DNA of 60,050 nucleotides, counting the filler, from Asterionella formosa (lineage: Eukaryota): assembly GCA_002256025.1 (NCBI GenBank). It is 8 parts of 8 records of this genome, joined end to end, with 100 filler letters (N's around TTAATTAATTAA, not from the genome) between each part and the next. Parts side by side here need not be neighbours in the genome. Positions count along the whole stretch, not along the records: positions 30,122 to 37,531 come from NKIB01012454.1; positions 37,632 to 45,040 come from NKIB01012455.1; positions 45,141 to 52,545 come from NKIB01012456.1; 5 more parts are not named here. The stretch is one strand, 5' to 3'. Position numbers and translations under genes: made by a program. The notes under the pieces were generated by a model. The model did no database searches, was not told where the DNA came from, and saw nothing but the letters and a program-made list of their open reading frames with translations. Shown piece by piece: positions 33,942-45,899 of this stretch; the stretch's first letter is position 1, and the number at the start of each line of letters is the position of its first letter.

Positions 33942-34948
33942 ATGACGAAAATTGCCCGATACTTCATGGTTGCAGCGGCCTGGTTGGCTCAGTTTAGTTC
34001 AAGTTCTTGTTCTGCGTTTGTTCCTACTTCGCATTCTCGTCCAACTTCATTGGCACAAAAACTGACACCAGCGTCGATGCGAATTTCAGAATCAACGCTT
34101 CCTTTGTTCATGTCTGATGACGATGTAAGTGCGCCAGCTGATACGATGCCACGCCATGCTATGCGATGCAATACAGCAACTTGCTTTCCTTCATACCTCT
34201 CTCTCTCACACACACACACTTTCACACTGTCACAACCCGATCTCATTCCTCATTGACATAAAAGGATGGTGGTTGGACCGCTCCCAAGTCCGCCATGATT
34301 GGAGGCGCTGGGGTCAACAACGCGGGTGAGCCTCCCTTTGAAATTCGTGGCTTTTCCCTCGGTAACCTCATCATCGCTCTTGGAGTGCTCATTACTGTAG
34401 CTTCATTTACTGAATACCTAGGGGAGGCGGGGGGTGACGGCCTCAATGTATCGGGCCTAGGGTTTGTCTATGGCATTCCCGTCTTTTTGGCAGGAGCAGC
34501 CCTCAAGTATGCCGAAATTGAACCTGTACCATGCTTCTCAACTCCGGCAGGAACAAAGGCATACGAAGCCAAGGCTACGCCAACCATTACGAAAATCAAG
34601 CAAGATGTAACGCGTCACCGATATGGCGATGAAGCACATTTGGACACAACTGTCAAGAAGCTTGGGTTGGTAGTTCCGGGGAAGGCGTATCCTCAACTGA
34701 AGGAATTGAGAGAAGAAGAGCAAGATGGGGAATTGGTGTTCACGATGGTATGGCAATCGTTGGATACACCATATAAAATGTGGGCGGATGAACGACGTGT
34801 CAAAAAGTATGAAACCTTTTTTGGACCAGGGGTCGGTGCGGAAATTGTCAAGATTGATGCCGAACAGAGATTGGTGGGTATTCGGCTCGTGACGGGTGGT
34901 ATCAAACCAAAGGAAGTGACTAGTGAGGAAGAGTCTGTGACAGTGTAA
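33942..34948 (+). CDS. APE1: Plastid-targeted thylakoid protein DUF2854 (APE1/Slr0575-like). Exons 33942-34124 and 34265-34948
   Basis: Signal peptide plus CSA|FVP motif; GTAAGT...AAG intron in frame. GFVYGIPVFLAGAALKYAEIEPVP and KQDVTRHRYGDEAHLD motifs. Confidence 0.85.
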
Positions 34949-35226
34949 ATCACGCGATTCTATCGAAACGTAACCCTCCCCCCCCCACATAGGTTAATAC
35001 AGTACTCTCAGGCTACTTTATAAACAAACGACATGCACCATTACGTTGAAATGAAACTACATGCATTATTTTTAGATATATTTTATAATCAAACCCCTCG
35101 ACTGACTTTGAGTGCGCAATTTTTCTAATTTTATTTGAACAGATAAATATTCATGTTCAAGAGAAGCAGCTAGGAAAAAAATCGATCCAAAAACTTTTTT
35201 AGATTCTTGTATCTCTATGTTAGTCG

Positions 35227-37365
35227 CTAAATGATCATGACATTAGAAGCAGCCGTGTCTTTTAACTGCGCCACATTAGCCCTGACTGCCACTCGTCCCA
35301 ATCCAATAATACGAAGTAGAATGAGCCAAATATTTAGTGGCATATACCCTGTCTTTTGATGCAACATGAGTGCCTCAGATTTTCCGTTTGCAATGGCACT
35401 CGACTTGGGCTGGTCCGGCTCGGAGGGCTCCGAACTGTTTTCTTCCATGAGAGGCGAAGTCTTGGTCGTGTCAAGGTCTAGCGATACCGTTGCGTCGTCC
35501 TTCATGACCAAAGATTTTGTTTTGCTGGCATCCAACTTGGCTTGCAAGATCTGAATTTTGGCTCGACAAACACCTTCTTCACTCTTTGCTGTCGACAATT
35601 GAAACTCAATTTCACGCAATTCTTCTCTCAATCCCCTAACCAATTTGAGGCCTCCCAAGAGTCCCTTCTTTTCCACTTCCTTGATTGCTGTGGCATTTTC
35701 TTCTGACATGTCAGCAATGCTCGCTCGCAGCTTAAACACTTTGTTTTCACTCGCCCCTATCTGTGCTTGCAATTGAACGGGATCGGTTGGGAATCGTCGA
35801 CTATTCTGAGGAACAAAAAGTTGAGTTGTGGAAAAAAGCGAATGATCGGCACCACATTTTTCTGCGAGAATTTCCACATCGTCCTCAGCACGACGACATT
35901 TTTCGTCGTAGCTAAGCAACTCCTCATGACGTTTTTTCAAAAGCTCCTTGAGCGATCGTACATGAGATGCCAATGCAGACCCGCCTCCACCAAGTAATAG
36001 CAACCCATGGCATACGGAAACTTCTTCTGCAATATTATCCAAACAAATGGAAAGTGCCGACGCCAAGGATTCGACTTCTTCCAATCGATTCGTAAGTCTA
36101 GTCACGTCATCGTCGTCTCCATGGAAGGACAGTTGTCGTTTGGTAGGAGTCAAAGGTTCTGGAACTTGTTGTTCTTCACCTCCGATAAGTCGTTGACAAT
36201 TTGTTGCTCCCATTTCAATACACCAGCCATGCAGAGTTCTACCCCCAATGTCAATATCGGCTGGCATGCCACTGTCTAACAATTGCTCAAGGCGATCTTG
36301 TTCATCTGCCCCAATAGATCTCAGTGCCTCCGCCGTGAATGCGTGCCTGATTCCCTCTCGTTTGGATGGTGCCATGTCGAGTGGTTTGAATGTGCCAGCC
36401 GCCGCTGTCCCAAACCAGCTGCTTGTGACGTGCTGTTTGGTGTTTGATTCTCTTCCAAAGGCCAATTCCCAAGCAGTTACTCCGTCGAACTTGGACCAAG
36501 CCTTGTCCAAACCCAGTTCTTGGATATTTGGTCTGATGCTTGGGTTTGCCCCCATGCGTAGTAAGCAACTAGTGGCATTCGTGCTCCCAAAGGATATAGC
36601 CACGTGCAAGGGTGGAATCCCTGTATGCAGGAGTGTTTCGCGGTCGTTGTGTTCCGAAAGAATGCCTTTGAGAATATCAACGCGGTCGTGCTCTGCGGCG
36701 AGGGCCAGCAGCGATTGTTTTTCCTGGAGGGTAGTTTCTTCGGACGACGTTTCCTCTGTGGCGATGGGTGGTGTTGGCGCTTCGGTATCAGCAGTAGTGG
36801 TGATAGTAGAGACAGCACTATCCAAAGGTCCGAGTTCTCCCTGTGACTGCGTAGTAGTAGTAGCAGTAGTAGTTCGTCTACTGGTAGCTTCAGGTTCTAC
36901 TTTGGGCGCTTCTGATGCTGGTTGCTTGCTCATTGCTTCGTCTCCGTTATCTTTTGCTTTGCTATTGTTATTGCCATTGTGCTGAGCAGAATCGTCAAAG
37001 GAAAGCAAGACTGCTGGCACGGCGTGTCCCTGGCCATTGGCATCAGACGTGCTGATGCTGCCGCTGCTGTGACTGGATCGTTCTACCGGTGGAAGCGTTG
37101 CATCAAGGTCCTGCTTGTCATCGATCGATGCCTCGTCTTCTTCGTCTGATGTTGCATACGAGACCTCGAGATCTCCTCCAATCTCGTATTCCACATCGTC
37201 ATCGTCGTCGTCGTTGTCATTGTCATCATCGTCCTCCACGTACTCTTCAATTTCAACTGATCCCTGTGAGTCTGTTTCATATTCATATTCCACGTGATCA
37301 TTGTCGTCGGTGATGACTGACTTGTTATTACTGCTTCTTGCACTTGTACTAAAGGGCCAGACCAT
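35227..37365 (-). CDS. Ankyrin-repeat and coiled-coil protein with acidic N-terminus
   Basis: SLLALAAEHDRVDIL and PPLHVAISFGSTNATSCLLRMGANP ankyrin repeats, long coiled coil, hydrophobic C-terminal stretch. First ATG at 37365. Confidence 0.8.
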   Translation of the reverse strand: MVWPFSTSARSSNNKSVITDDNDHVEYEYETDSQGSVEIEEYVEDDDDNDNDDDDDDVEYEIGGDLEVSYATSDEEDEASIDDKQDLDATLPPVERSSHSSGSISTSDANGQGHAVPAVLLSFDDSAQHNGNNNSKAKDNGDEAMSKQPASEAPKVEPEATSRRTTTATTTTQSQGELGPLDSAVSTITTTADTEAPTPPIATEETSSEETTLQEKQSLLALAAEHDRVDILKGILSEHNDRETLLHTGIPPLHVAISFGSTNATSCLLRMGANPSIRPNIQELGLDKAWSKFDGVTAWELAFGRESNTKQHVTSSWFGTAAAGTFKPLDMAPSKREGIRHAFTAEALRSIGADEQDRLEQLLDSGMPADIDIGGRTLHGWCIEMGATNCQRLIGGEEQQVPEPLTPTKRQLSFHGDDDDVTRLTNRLEEVESLASALSICLDNIAEEVSVCHGLLLLGGGGSALASHVRSLKELLKKRHEELLSYDEKCRRAEDDVEILAEKCGADHSLFSTTQLFVPQNSRRFPTDPVQLQAQIGASENKVFKLRASIADMSEENATAIKEVEKKGLLGGLKLVRGLREELREIEFQLSTAKSEEGVCRAKIQILQAKLDASKTKSLVMKDDATVSLDLDTTKTSPLMEENSSEPSEPDQPKSSAIANGKSEALMLHQKTGYMPLNIWLILLRIIGLGRVAVRANVAQLKDTAASNVMII

Positions 37366-37631
37366 GGTGGAAAGGGGTTTCACAGCGTACAGGAGTACTG
37401 ATAGACTAATACAGTCAATGAATCATATACCGGTATATGATACAGGTGCACGATGCGTATCAATGCGATCACAACAAGGCAGCAAATCAAATTATCAACA
37501 CAAAAACACCTTTAATAGTTACTAGCAGAGCNNNNNNNNNNNNNNNNNNNNNNNNNNNNNNNNNNNNNNNNNNNNTTAATTAATTAANNNNNNNNNNNNN
37601 NNNNNNNNNNNNNNNNNNNNNNNNNNNNNNN

Positions 37632-37920
37632 GGTGAGAAGCTCAAAGCATTACATCATCCATTCGATACACAAATGAATGAGGCGATGAACAATGCTGTT
37701 GCAAGGCGTTGTCCAAAAACCAAAATGTTTGCTGGCTCCCAAAGCCTGCTCTATTGAGCAGCATTAGTGGCAGGACAGCAGACACAAACAAGCGCTGATA
37801 TATACATGTCAGATGTATATGAAATGTTGGGGATGACAATGTCAACCCGACAACAAACCTTTTGGAGTCAACGGCAAAAAACTTCGATATTTTTAGTCGA
37901 AAGAAGGAGTACTGAAACGT
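37632..37920 (+). mobile_element. Mutator-like transposase C-terminal fragment (pseudogenised)
   Basis: In-frame LHHPFDTQMNEAMNNAVARRCPKTKMFAGSQSLLY*AALVAG matches the TQxNExxN...PK...S.SL..R pattern. The TGA sits where Arg (CGA) is expected. Confidence 0.55.
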
Positions 37921-37932
37921 TGACTCTAAGTT

Positions 37933-38170
37933 CCAGGTACCAGGTACTGTGTACATTATGTATTTGTACCCCTGGTACCAGGTACCAGAACATGCGAGGT
38001 ACGGGGTAATGTAGTAGACGCCACCTGGTACCTGGTACCAGGTACCGTGTTCCTTCATACTACCGGTACCTGGTAGTACGATCGGTATTATTACGAAACA
38101 GATGCATGCATGATAGCGGGTTGATCGTGAGACAGAAACATAAGATAGAACTACCAGGTACATGGTACCT
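37933..38170. repeat. Dense cluster of quasi-palindromic (TACCWGG)n arrays
   Basis: Examples: CCTGGTACCAGGTACCAG and CCTGGTACCTGGTACCAGGTACC. The same arrays occur at 219-235, 12386-12418, 12596-12622, 30235-30279, 39025-39043 and 40737-40773. Confidence 0.9.
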
Positions 38171-39260
38171 ATGCATGCATCGTATTACGTCACGATGTAA
38201 ACCTATGTACAGCGCCATCACAAATTTAAAAATACTACCAACATTCGGAGATATTATGATTGGCTGAACCCCCAATGTGGAGCGACTTATGATGCGGAGG
38301 GTCGATGTGGAGTAATTATTTCCTTGGAGATATCAAGATGTCTACGGTAAGTGAAAACCCAAAAACGTTTTTTTAATACACATAGGTCTAGTTGCCAAAT
38401 ACATCTTATATATGGATCTGTAGGGTAAGGGATTTCGCGCATTAGGGCAATTGAGCCGGAGAAAATCGTAGGAATCAAAATTGCCCTAGAGAGATTTCAA
38501 CAATCGCCCCAGTATTTACCTGCTAACAAGCAATGCGAGAACTGGTACGTTCCATACTTAGTCACATTTAAGTCATGACCCCTGCTTTAAATGCATGACT
38601 GAAGGTGATCTTGTGAAGCCTCCTGCTTTGTAGAGAATGTCTATTTGTACACCAGAAACTGTAGGCCGACGATTGAATAAGAAACGGTGGTGACATATAT
38701 CGGTAAATCTAACCCCGGATTATGTGCTGGTATATAACGACACTTTGTTACAGCTTATTTATCGGTATGCGCGCAGAGCATTTATGCAGTACTACACTTT
38801 CATTCTTACGTTGTCATGCCGGTACTTGGTTCTTCAAGTACTGGTGAGTCGTATCCGGTAGGATGTCACCATTTCTCCTATCGAGACGACACGTGTACAT
38901 GACGAGAAAATTCATCTAAGACATAACCCCTTCAGTCGATTGTTCCACATGGTTCATACAAAAGACTGCTTTCGAAAGAACAGCGTAGTGGCTGGTTCTA
39001 CCGTACGGCATACATCTGTAGCGAGTACCAGGTACCAGGTACCACCCAGGGTACGGGACTGCATTGCATCAGGAACTTTGTCACCTGACTCCTGCAGTAT
39101 TTACAGAAAAGAGGAAAAAGGCCCTAACAGAAGACGACTCCTGTACATACTATGTGAGGATATACCGGTAGATACTGAGTATCATGGAAAGGAGAGGCAT
39201 AAATTCGCATTTCGCTCATTCACAAGCTAAGTTCCCAACTATTTATAGCAACTCATCACC

Positions 39261-39959
39261 ATGTGCGGTATCTGTTTCGATAACAACAAACGAAAGTCTC
39301 GCGTCCCCGTAGAGAGTAAAGTAGCTGTAGCTCTGAGAAAGCGTCGACGAGTGGAGTTCTCGTCTCACACAACAGTTGCCAGAACCACCAGTACTTGGAC
39401 CGGTTGTGGCGGGAACGACAGCACTGATACCACCACCTGGTACAACCGTAGCGACTACACTGCATTCAAACAACAGGCCATTGAGACATCCAAAAACGAA
39501 AGACTAAGAGCATGTTGTTCAATATTGGACAATGCCGTATTCACAAGCAGTAATGTGAACAACACTGAAACGGACCAAATTGGCCGGTTCAACATTTGGA
39601 CTACCCAAGTGGAGGAAGCTCGTGGACTAGAATCTGTATTGAATCATAAACTGGCTATGGCTCGACGCCTCGCACGAGTCAAGTGTATCAAGGCAGTCAT
39701 CATGGCTCAAACTATTGCTAAAAGTGGAAGTGATTCTGCTGCCAAGAGCATTTCCGCAGAGCAACTCATCTCGCTGGTGTCACTTCGGTATACTTCTCAA
39801 GCCAAGACATTTGCACTTTTGATGGGAAAGGCAGACGAAAACGCAGTCAAATTGGATGCCATACCTAAGTTCTTTGAAATCAAATTGCCAAAGGACGACG
39901 AGACAGCATCCACATTTCCTGCAGCTGAGCATATTCATAAACCAACTTTCCTGTTCTAA
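39261..39959 (+). CDS. Diatom-type hypothetical protein (V.FS / WY...Y..FK / RGLE family)
   Basis: 232-aa ORF with RRRVEFS, WYNRSDYTAFK, ARGLES and C-terminal A..MGKADE, a pattern typical of an expanded diatom family of unknown function. Confidence 0.7.
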   Translation: MCGICFDNNKRKSRVPVESKVAVALRKRRRVEFSSHTTVARTTSTWTGCGGNDSTDTTTWYNRSDYTAFKQQAIETSKNERLRACCSILDNAVFTSSNVNNTETDQIGRFNIWTTQVEEARGLESVLNHKLAMARRLARVKCIKAVIMAQTIAKSGSDSAAKSISAEQLISLVSLRYTSQAKTFALLMGKADENAVKLDAIPKFFEIKLPKDDETASTFPAAEHIHKPTFLF

Positions 39960-42718
39960 AACGAGTTTCGCATGCGTACATATTGGCATTTGTGGTTACT
40001 AGCTTGTACAATCGTACTTAATTTGCAGAAACAGACTTACAATTTATTACAAAATACAACATTTCATTTGTTATTTGATAATTCTAGTTCGTCAAAAAAT
40101 TTGCTTCCCATGTTTGCCCGAAGCCTTTCCAAGTGAAGAGCGGTTTCCAATGCGCACCCACTGTCCTCATTTTTCCGATGTTACACATTGCGAGGTTTCT
40201 TTTCTTCCAAAATATTTTTATGATGTACCTCAATCCACACATTACGTACAACTAAATGAAATAGTTAAAGGTAAAATTAGCTTTCACCAATACGACCATT
40301 TTGCATACCGGTACCGTAGTGCTTAGAAATCGTACGTATTTTCTATTAGAGCTCCTCCTTATGAAACCCGAAGGCGACTTCGCGTTTGGTTCAACAGTAA
40401 GCGCAGGTATTGAAAGCAATCACCGGTCCCGGTTAGGTATCCTATATATAGTAATAAGTGACAAATTGAAAGGACTTTTTTCTCATGAAGCGATTCCCGA
40501 ACCATGCGTGGGCTGTGTAGTTGAGAGTCATGTACGCACCTGTTATGTACCCGGTACCAGGTAACAGGTACCGGTACTTACCGGAATGTACTTAATGGTC
40601 GCGACATCCCGGTCTTAAATGTCATTCAAAAAGTCCTTATTGCTTTACATGTACGCGTGTGAATATTGTCTTTGAGAAATTAATTATAAGAGCGCGGTAC
40701 TTTCCAGTGGACCGGAATGGAAATACATGATCTTTTTACCTGGTACCAGGTACCTGGTAGACTACCAGGTACCATAATAATTTGGTCCCTACATATACCG
40801 GTATGCCTGTACGCAACACTACTTACTCGCTCTAGTCTAAATTTATTAGCGACACATGGAGCAGTCCTCGTGACGTGTGAAAATTTTGTCCTGGTATGTC
40901 GTCTACTGGAACATCATTTAGGCCAATGGTTAACGGATTCCTTCCGGCTAGGCTGATTTCAGTCTGGGCCTTCACCGTTGCCCCTAGCTCAATTCAATAA
41001 ATATTTCATTTCTGAAAAGTTAATCTAAATCGAAAGAACTGTTGGCTTCTGGAGGTATGCATAGAAATAAGCTTATTTAGGTTTAAAAAATTCAGACACA
41101 TGAGAAGTCTCCCTGCCCAAAAATGCTCAAAAACATCTGTGCGGGATGGCTGGTGCGAAAACGAAAATTGACAATGGGCAAAGCTTCCATCGTTTCATGC
41201 CTTTCCAAGTACATTCAACCATCACTGGGGTGCCGAAATCATCATGTGAACATTGCAAAAGGTCTTTGCTCCTGGGACTGTAGATGATGTTTATACAACT
41301 GAGTTGCATGCCTTTGAAAATCACTTCAAGATCATTTCTGATGTTGATCCATACACTTTTTACTATTGTGAAGGCGATTATGTACTTGATGAGGATGTAG
41401 CAGAAGGTGAACTGATTTCTTCAGAGCTTCTCAAACTTGTCAAGTGCACTGGCGCAGTTCATGACACTGACAATGTTGCCATTCCAGCTGGATTTGTTGA
41501 AATTTTGTGTTGAAAATACCCCAGAATAGCCCTTTTAATAAGGAAAAAATCCTATCAAATGATGTATCTAAAGTGAAATGAAAGTAACAATAAAGTTTTC
41601 AAATTGAGCCTCAAAAGGAACTGAAAATTTTTCTTTAATCGAAATTTTTAATTTCAAAAACCCTAGCTAGTACTTTGATCAACATTTCATAACTCCTTCT
41701 TCCAAATAAAATTACTATCGACGTTTCTTAAATTAAAAATTTCGAACTACAACATTGTTTGACTAATTATTTTTGTATCTAGCATATTTAGTCCAAAACG
41801 TGAATTTACTCGATTTAATGTTGACTTTCAGTTCAAAATATTCCAAACATTGATCTCAGTTTTGGGTGGTACCATCATGCAGCCATGGTGACTTGTGTGC
41901 TGGTTTGTTGCAACAAAATGATAGATCCATCATGGTTACTCTTGCTAATAATAATAAAGAATTTAGCTACTGTTGTGAAGTAAATGCATTGTTTAACACT
42001 TTAAATTCCTTTCTTGTTATTTCAATTTCTACGAACATATAGAGTTCATAGTTTGTCCTCCTAACAAATGGTGACATCGGACGATTGTTGGATATGGCTG
42101 GCTGGACACCTCATGGAACAGCAGGAAAATTTGCTTCCAAGTGTATCCACCTGCACCTAACAGCCTCTTTCCCATACAGCAATCCTGAATCGCTGCTCCA
42201 TTCTCCAAACATGATGATGGATCAAAGATACCACACCCAAGACTTGATTGCCAAGTTTCATTCCTCTTCATGCCCTCTGTATGTCTTCATGTTGCAGGAG
42301 GAGAAGAAGAAGAGTAGGGTGAGTGAGTTAACGAACCTGACGAGCTCAATAGGAGTTTGAAAGGGGGTATCTTAAAAGAGTGATCAAAGTAAAGTCGTAA
42401 AAGTATATAGATACAAATACCGGTAAAGAGGAACAGCAACACGGGTAGAGGCAACCATCAGTGTCTGACATACAGACATTCATGATGGACATACCGGTAA
42501 CGGTACTAACTACATTACATGGAGAGATTAAATTAAATAAAGCATTTAACGGTAGTAGCGGTAGTAGATTTAACTTGCGTTGGCTCTCGTTGAACAAGCT
42601 ATTTCACATAAGACTCGTCCGCCCAATCCAACTTAGTCAGTTGATGTATAGGTACTACATTGCATATCTCTGTGTTACTACCGGTGCCAGGTAGTCTACT
42701 CTAGCTTGACACAGTATC

Positions 42719-43597
42719 ATGAATGTCATTGCCGAAATCACTCGAATCAATCAACTTGAATTGGACCGTGGAATTGTAGCGACATCGGCGTCATGGCACG
42801 AGAAATACAAGCAAAGCGCTTGGGTCTTCTGTGGGAATTTGCCTACGTCCTTGTCGGAAGGTGACATCATTTGTATAATGAGTCAATTTGGCGAAGTCGA
42901 GGATCTGAATTTGGTTCGTGAGGATGGAGCTACAGGAACGTCCAAAGGATTTTGTTTTTGCAAATATGAAGATCAGCGTTCGACCGTTTTGGCTGTGGAC
43001 AATTTGACCGGGACCAACATTTTGGGCCGATCGATCCGCGTCGATCATGTGGAACAATACAGACTCCCCAAGGAATTATTGGAACAAGAGGAGGCGAGAC
43101 GGAATCTTGGAGCTGGACATGCGTATGAAGGTGTGGACCTTGCGAATGATTTTAACATTCATCAAGGACAAGACTTATTTGCTGGTGGCACCAGGAGGGC
43201 TGAGCCTTTTCTAGATGACAAGAGTGATGATGGTGTAGACGATGAAAAATCAAAGAGAAAGCTAGCCAAGCAAGAACGCAAGAAAGAACGAGACATTAAA
43301 AGAAAAGAGCGAGAGTCAAGACGTGAAGAAAAGGAAGACAAGCGACGAATGACGAGGGCCAACAAATTACGTGATGACGACAATGAGAAACTAAACAAGT
43401 CGGGCAAGGATAGACGAAAGGAAGCTAAAAAGGAATATTATGCGATTGACATGAAAGAATATAGAACAAAGGACAAGAAACGCCGTCGTGATGATGATGC
43501 AAAAGCCAACGACAGAAAGCGAAGCTCCTCCATAAAAGAGGAGGACACAGATGACAACGTCCAAGGTCGAGCCAATTCCAGGTATGATTCTGACTAA
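42719..43597 (+). CDS. RBMX2: RES-complex RRM protein RBMX2/Snu17 (Ist3)
   Basis: MNVIAEITRINQLEL...SWHEKYKQSAWVFCGNL, SKGFCFCKYEDQRSTVLAVDNL and RSIRVDHV, followed by a charged tail. Confidence 0.93.
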   Translation: MNVIAEITRINQLELDRGIVATSASWHEKYKQSAWVFCGNLPTSLSEGDIICIMSQFGEVEDLNLVREDGATGTSKGFCFCKYEDQRSTVLAVDNLTGTNILGRSIRVDHVEQYRLPKELLEQEEARRNLGAGHAYEGVDLANDFNIHQGQDLFAGGTRRAEPFLDDKSDDGVDDEKSKRKLAKQERKKERDIKRKERESRREEKEDKRRMTRANKLRDDDNEKLNKSGKDRRKEAKKEYYAIDMKEYRTKDKKRRRDDDAKANDRKRSSSIKEEDTDDNVQGRANSRYDSD

Positions 43598-43820
43598 TGC
43601 ACTTTTGAATGCAACTGCATACTGGATGGAATTTATGGGCGCACGGTAGCCTATGCATTTGATATGACTGCTATAAACAACAGAATAAGCCAATTCAGAC
43701 TGACGACAGCCGTCAAACGAAACTAATTAGATTGCGGAAGCTAAAGAATGCGAACAGAACCTTGGTAAAAATGTTGACTTTTACATCAGAAATTATCGAT
43801 AAAGGAGACATGCTATTAAA

Positions 43821-44963
43821 TCAACGTTCCATCAGCAGCGCAGTCCTGGCCTGCTCCTCGAGTTCAAACTGCCGTTCAAGATACTTTAGGACAGCTTTAA
43901 AATCACCACTTGCTTTGCTGCCAACATTTCGTTTGCAAGTTTTCACGGTTCGGACTATTTTTTGCAATTTAGCTGTGGTTAGCTTTATGGAAGTTGAACT
44001 GGGACCAGTTATTTCTGCCTTGGAATTCGAATCATTGTTATCCTTCATAGCCTTGATCATGTTCATGACAAGCTCTCGCTGCGAGAGCAGATTCCTCGGT
44101 GGCCCCCGAATGACACCATTCCGATCGGTACCATCCTCGCGTAGCCCTTCGTCAGCCCACGTGAATCCCTTCATCCAACGAGGCTCCGAATCTCTGGCAA
44201 ATGCAAGCTCCAGTGCTGACATTTTGTTTCCATTATTATAGTTATACATATCCCCGACTCTCGTTAATAACATATCTAGAACAGGTGCGGTACAACCATT
44301 GAACACGGCCATGTGAAGTGGAAAATATTTATTTCCGTCCCCCATACGTAGGACATCTTTACCTCTATATTCATTGCGAAGCAATGCTTCAATTGTCTCA
44401 GTTGGAGCATGATTCTGCAGGGCAATGTGGATTGGTGTTTGACCCTTACTGTCGATAGCACACAAGATGTTCTTAATGGAAGTAGGGAACACTTGCTGAT
44501 AGCATGCCAGCATGTCCAATACTAAATTTGCAGGTGGCTTATATTGAAGCAAATAATGCAGAGCAAATGTATCCTCGTCCGATGTTTGCCACAGGCCCTC
44601 CTTGTACGTGTTCATGATGAGTTGAATACAATCTTGTCGCTCTGGGAAACGCGACAAGCTCAGCTTGTTTCCATTCGTAGCATCCACGAGGTTGCATGCA
44701 ACATGAATTGGAAGATTGTGTACCTTATCGTCAAGTATCCCATGCCTTTGCTTCACAAGGTCCACATCTGCCCAAACCATGGCTTGAACCACTCGGAATG
44801 GAGCATTGATATTCAATGCCTTGACCAAGACAGAGTACCCAAAGACCTCATCTACTTCGTCGAGCCCTTGCGGGCTGCTGGTGATGGCCCTCAAGACGTC
44901 ATCCCACTTTTTTTCTTCAAGGAGACTATGGAGACTTTGGGCATTCTTCTTCTTCATCATCAT
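43821..44963 (-). CDS. Ankyrin-like repeat protein
   Basis: Repeated LPIHVAC / FALHYLL / TPIHIAL / FPLHMAV motifs in a ~380-aa ORF. Confidence 0.72.
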   Translation of the reverse strand: MMMKKKNAQSLHSLLEEKKWDDVLRAITSSPQGLDEVDEVFGYSVLVKALNINAPFRVVQAMVWADVDLVKQRHGILDDKVHNLPIHVACNLVDATNGNKLSLSRFPERQDCIQLIMNTYKEGLWQTSDEDTFALHYLLQYKPPANLVLDMLACYQQVFPTSIKNILCAIDSKGQTPIHIALQNHAPTETIEALLRNEYRGKDVLRMGDGNKYFPLHMAVFNGCTAPVLDMLLTRVGDMYNYNNGNKMSALELAFARDSEPRWMKGFTWADEGLREDGTDRNGVIRGPPRNLLSQRELVMNMIKAMKDNNDSNSKAEITGPSSTSIKLTTAKLQKIVRTVKTCKRNVGSKASGDFKAVLKYLERQFELEEQARTALLMER

Positions 44964-45899
44964 GTTTGTCAAGGGGTGAGACTGTGGTCACTTTTGAAGA
45001 ATCTGCCCGTGAAAGCTAAAAGTAGAATGTATTATCAATTNNNNNNNNNNNNNNNNNNNNNNNNNNNNNNNNNNNNNNNNNNNNTTAATTAATTAANNNN
45101 NNNNNNNNNNNNNNNNNNNNNNNNNNNNNNNNNNNNNNNNTGGTGATTTGTATTTGGCTCCTGCATGATTGCAAAATTATTCTGTCCAACAATTTTTGTA
45201 TACTGCGGCAATATAACAACTGGGTGGCCCACATTTCCTTGTGTCACCAAGATGACATCATTTTAGAATCGAATTTCAAGTGCTAGATATCAATGAGTAT
45301 TAAAGTTTTGCAACTTTTTTGGACCAGAGAAGGAGAAGTAATACTGATAAAACCATACAGCGTGCTTGATGCACTTCATATCCTGGTTAGGTAATTGCCA
45401 TACAAACTGAAGTTTAGCCGTTTGATTGGCAAACCTGAAGAATGCTATGTTTTTTGAATTTTCCTCATCTCTGACACCAATAAATGGATTCAGGGCAACA
45501 AAGAAATTAACAATTAATATCAAAGGAATCGCAAGCACTGTGGCATATAGTGGTACATAGAACCTTGTACTAATGCATCAATGGTTACTAACGTGCAAAT
45601 ATTGGGATAAGAATAAGCAAAGAACTCTGTTATCATAAACGGTAAGAGATGTTGGAGTAAAACTGTGGTACAATTGATGAAAGCAGAGTATTGTCTGGAG
45701 GATATTTCCAATGTTCACATGAGCAATCATCACACTTTGTCCTTTGGGGAGAATCATTAGGGTTGTGTAAATACCAGTATGCAGTGGACTTGTGTTACAT
45801 CATTGGAGGACAAAACCAGTTGAAAACACACCAAAATTGCCAATACAAAGTATTTCCATTTCCTGTGCATCTAAACATGATTTCATATATATATGAATC

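Noticed and set aside
36248..36985. 245-aa antisense ORF and similar shadow ORFs within real genes
   Set aside because: They overlap well-supported opposite-strand genes and carry no motifs.
37933..38170. GTAC cores as copper-response (CuRE) elements
   Set aside because: The arrays occur beside unrelated genes and TE relics, which does not fit a specific regulon.
41127..41513. Short ORFs as a gene
   Set aside because: No recognisable motif or ATG context; probably a decayed TE fragment.
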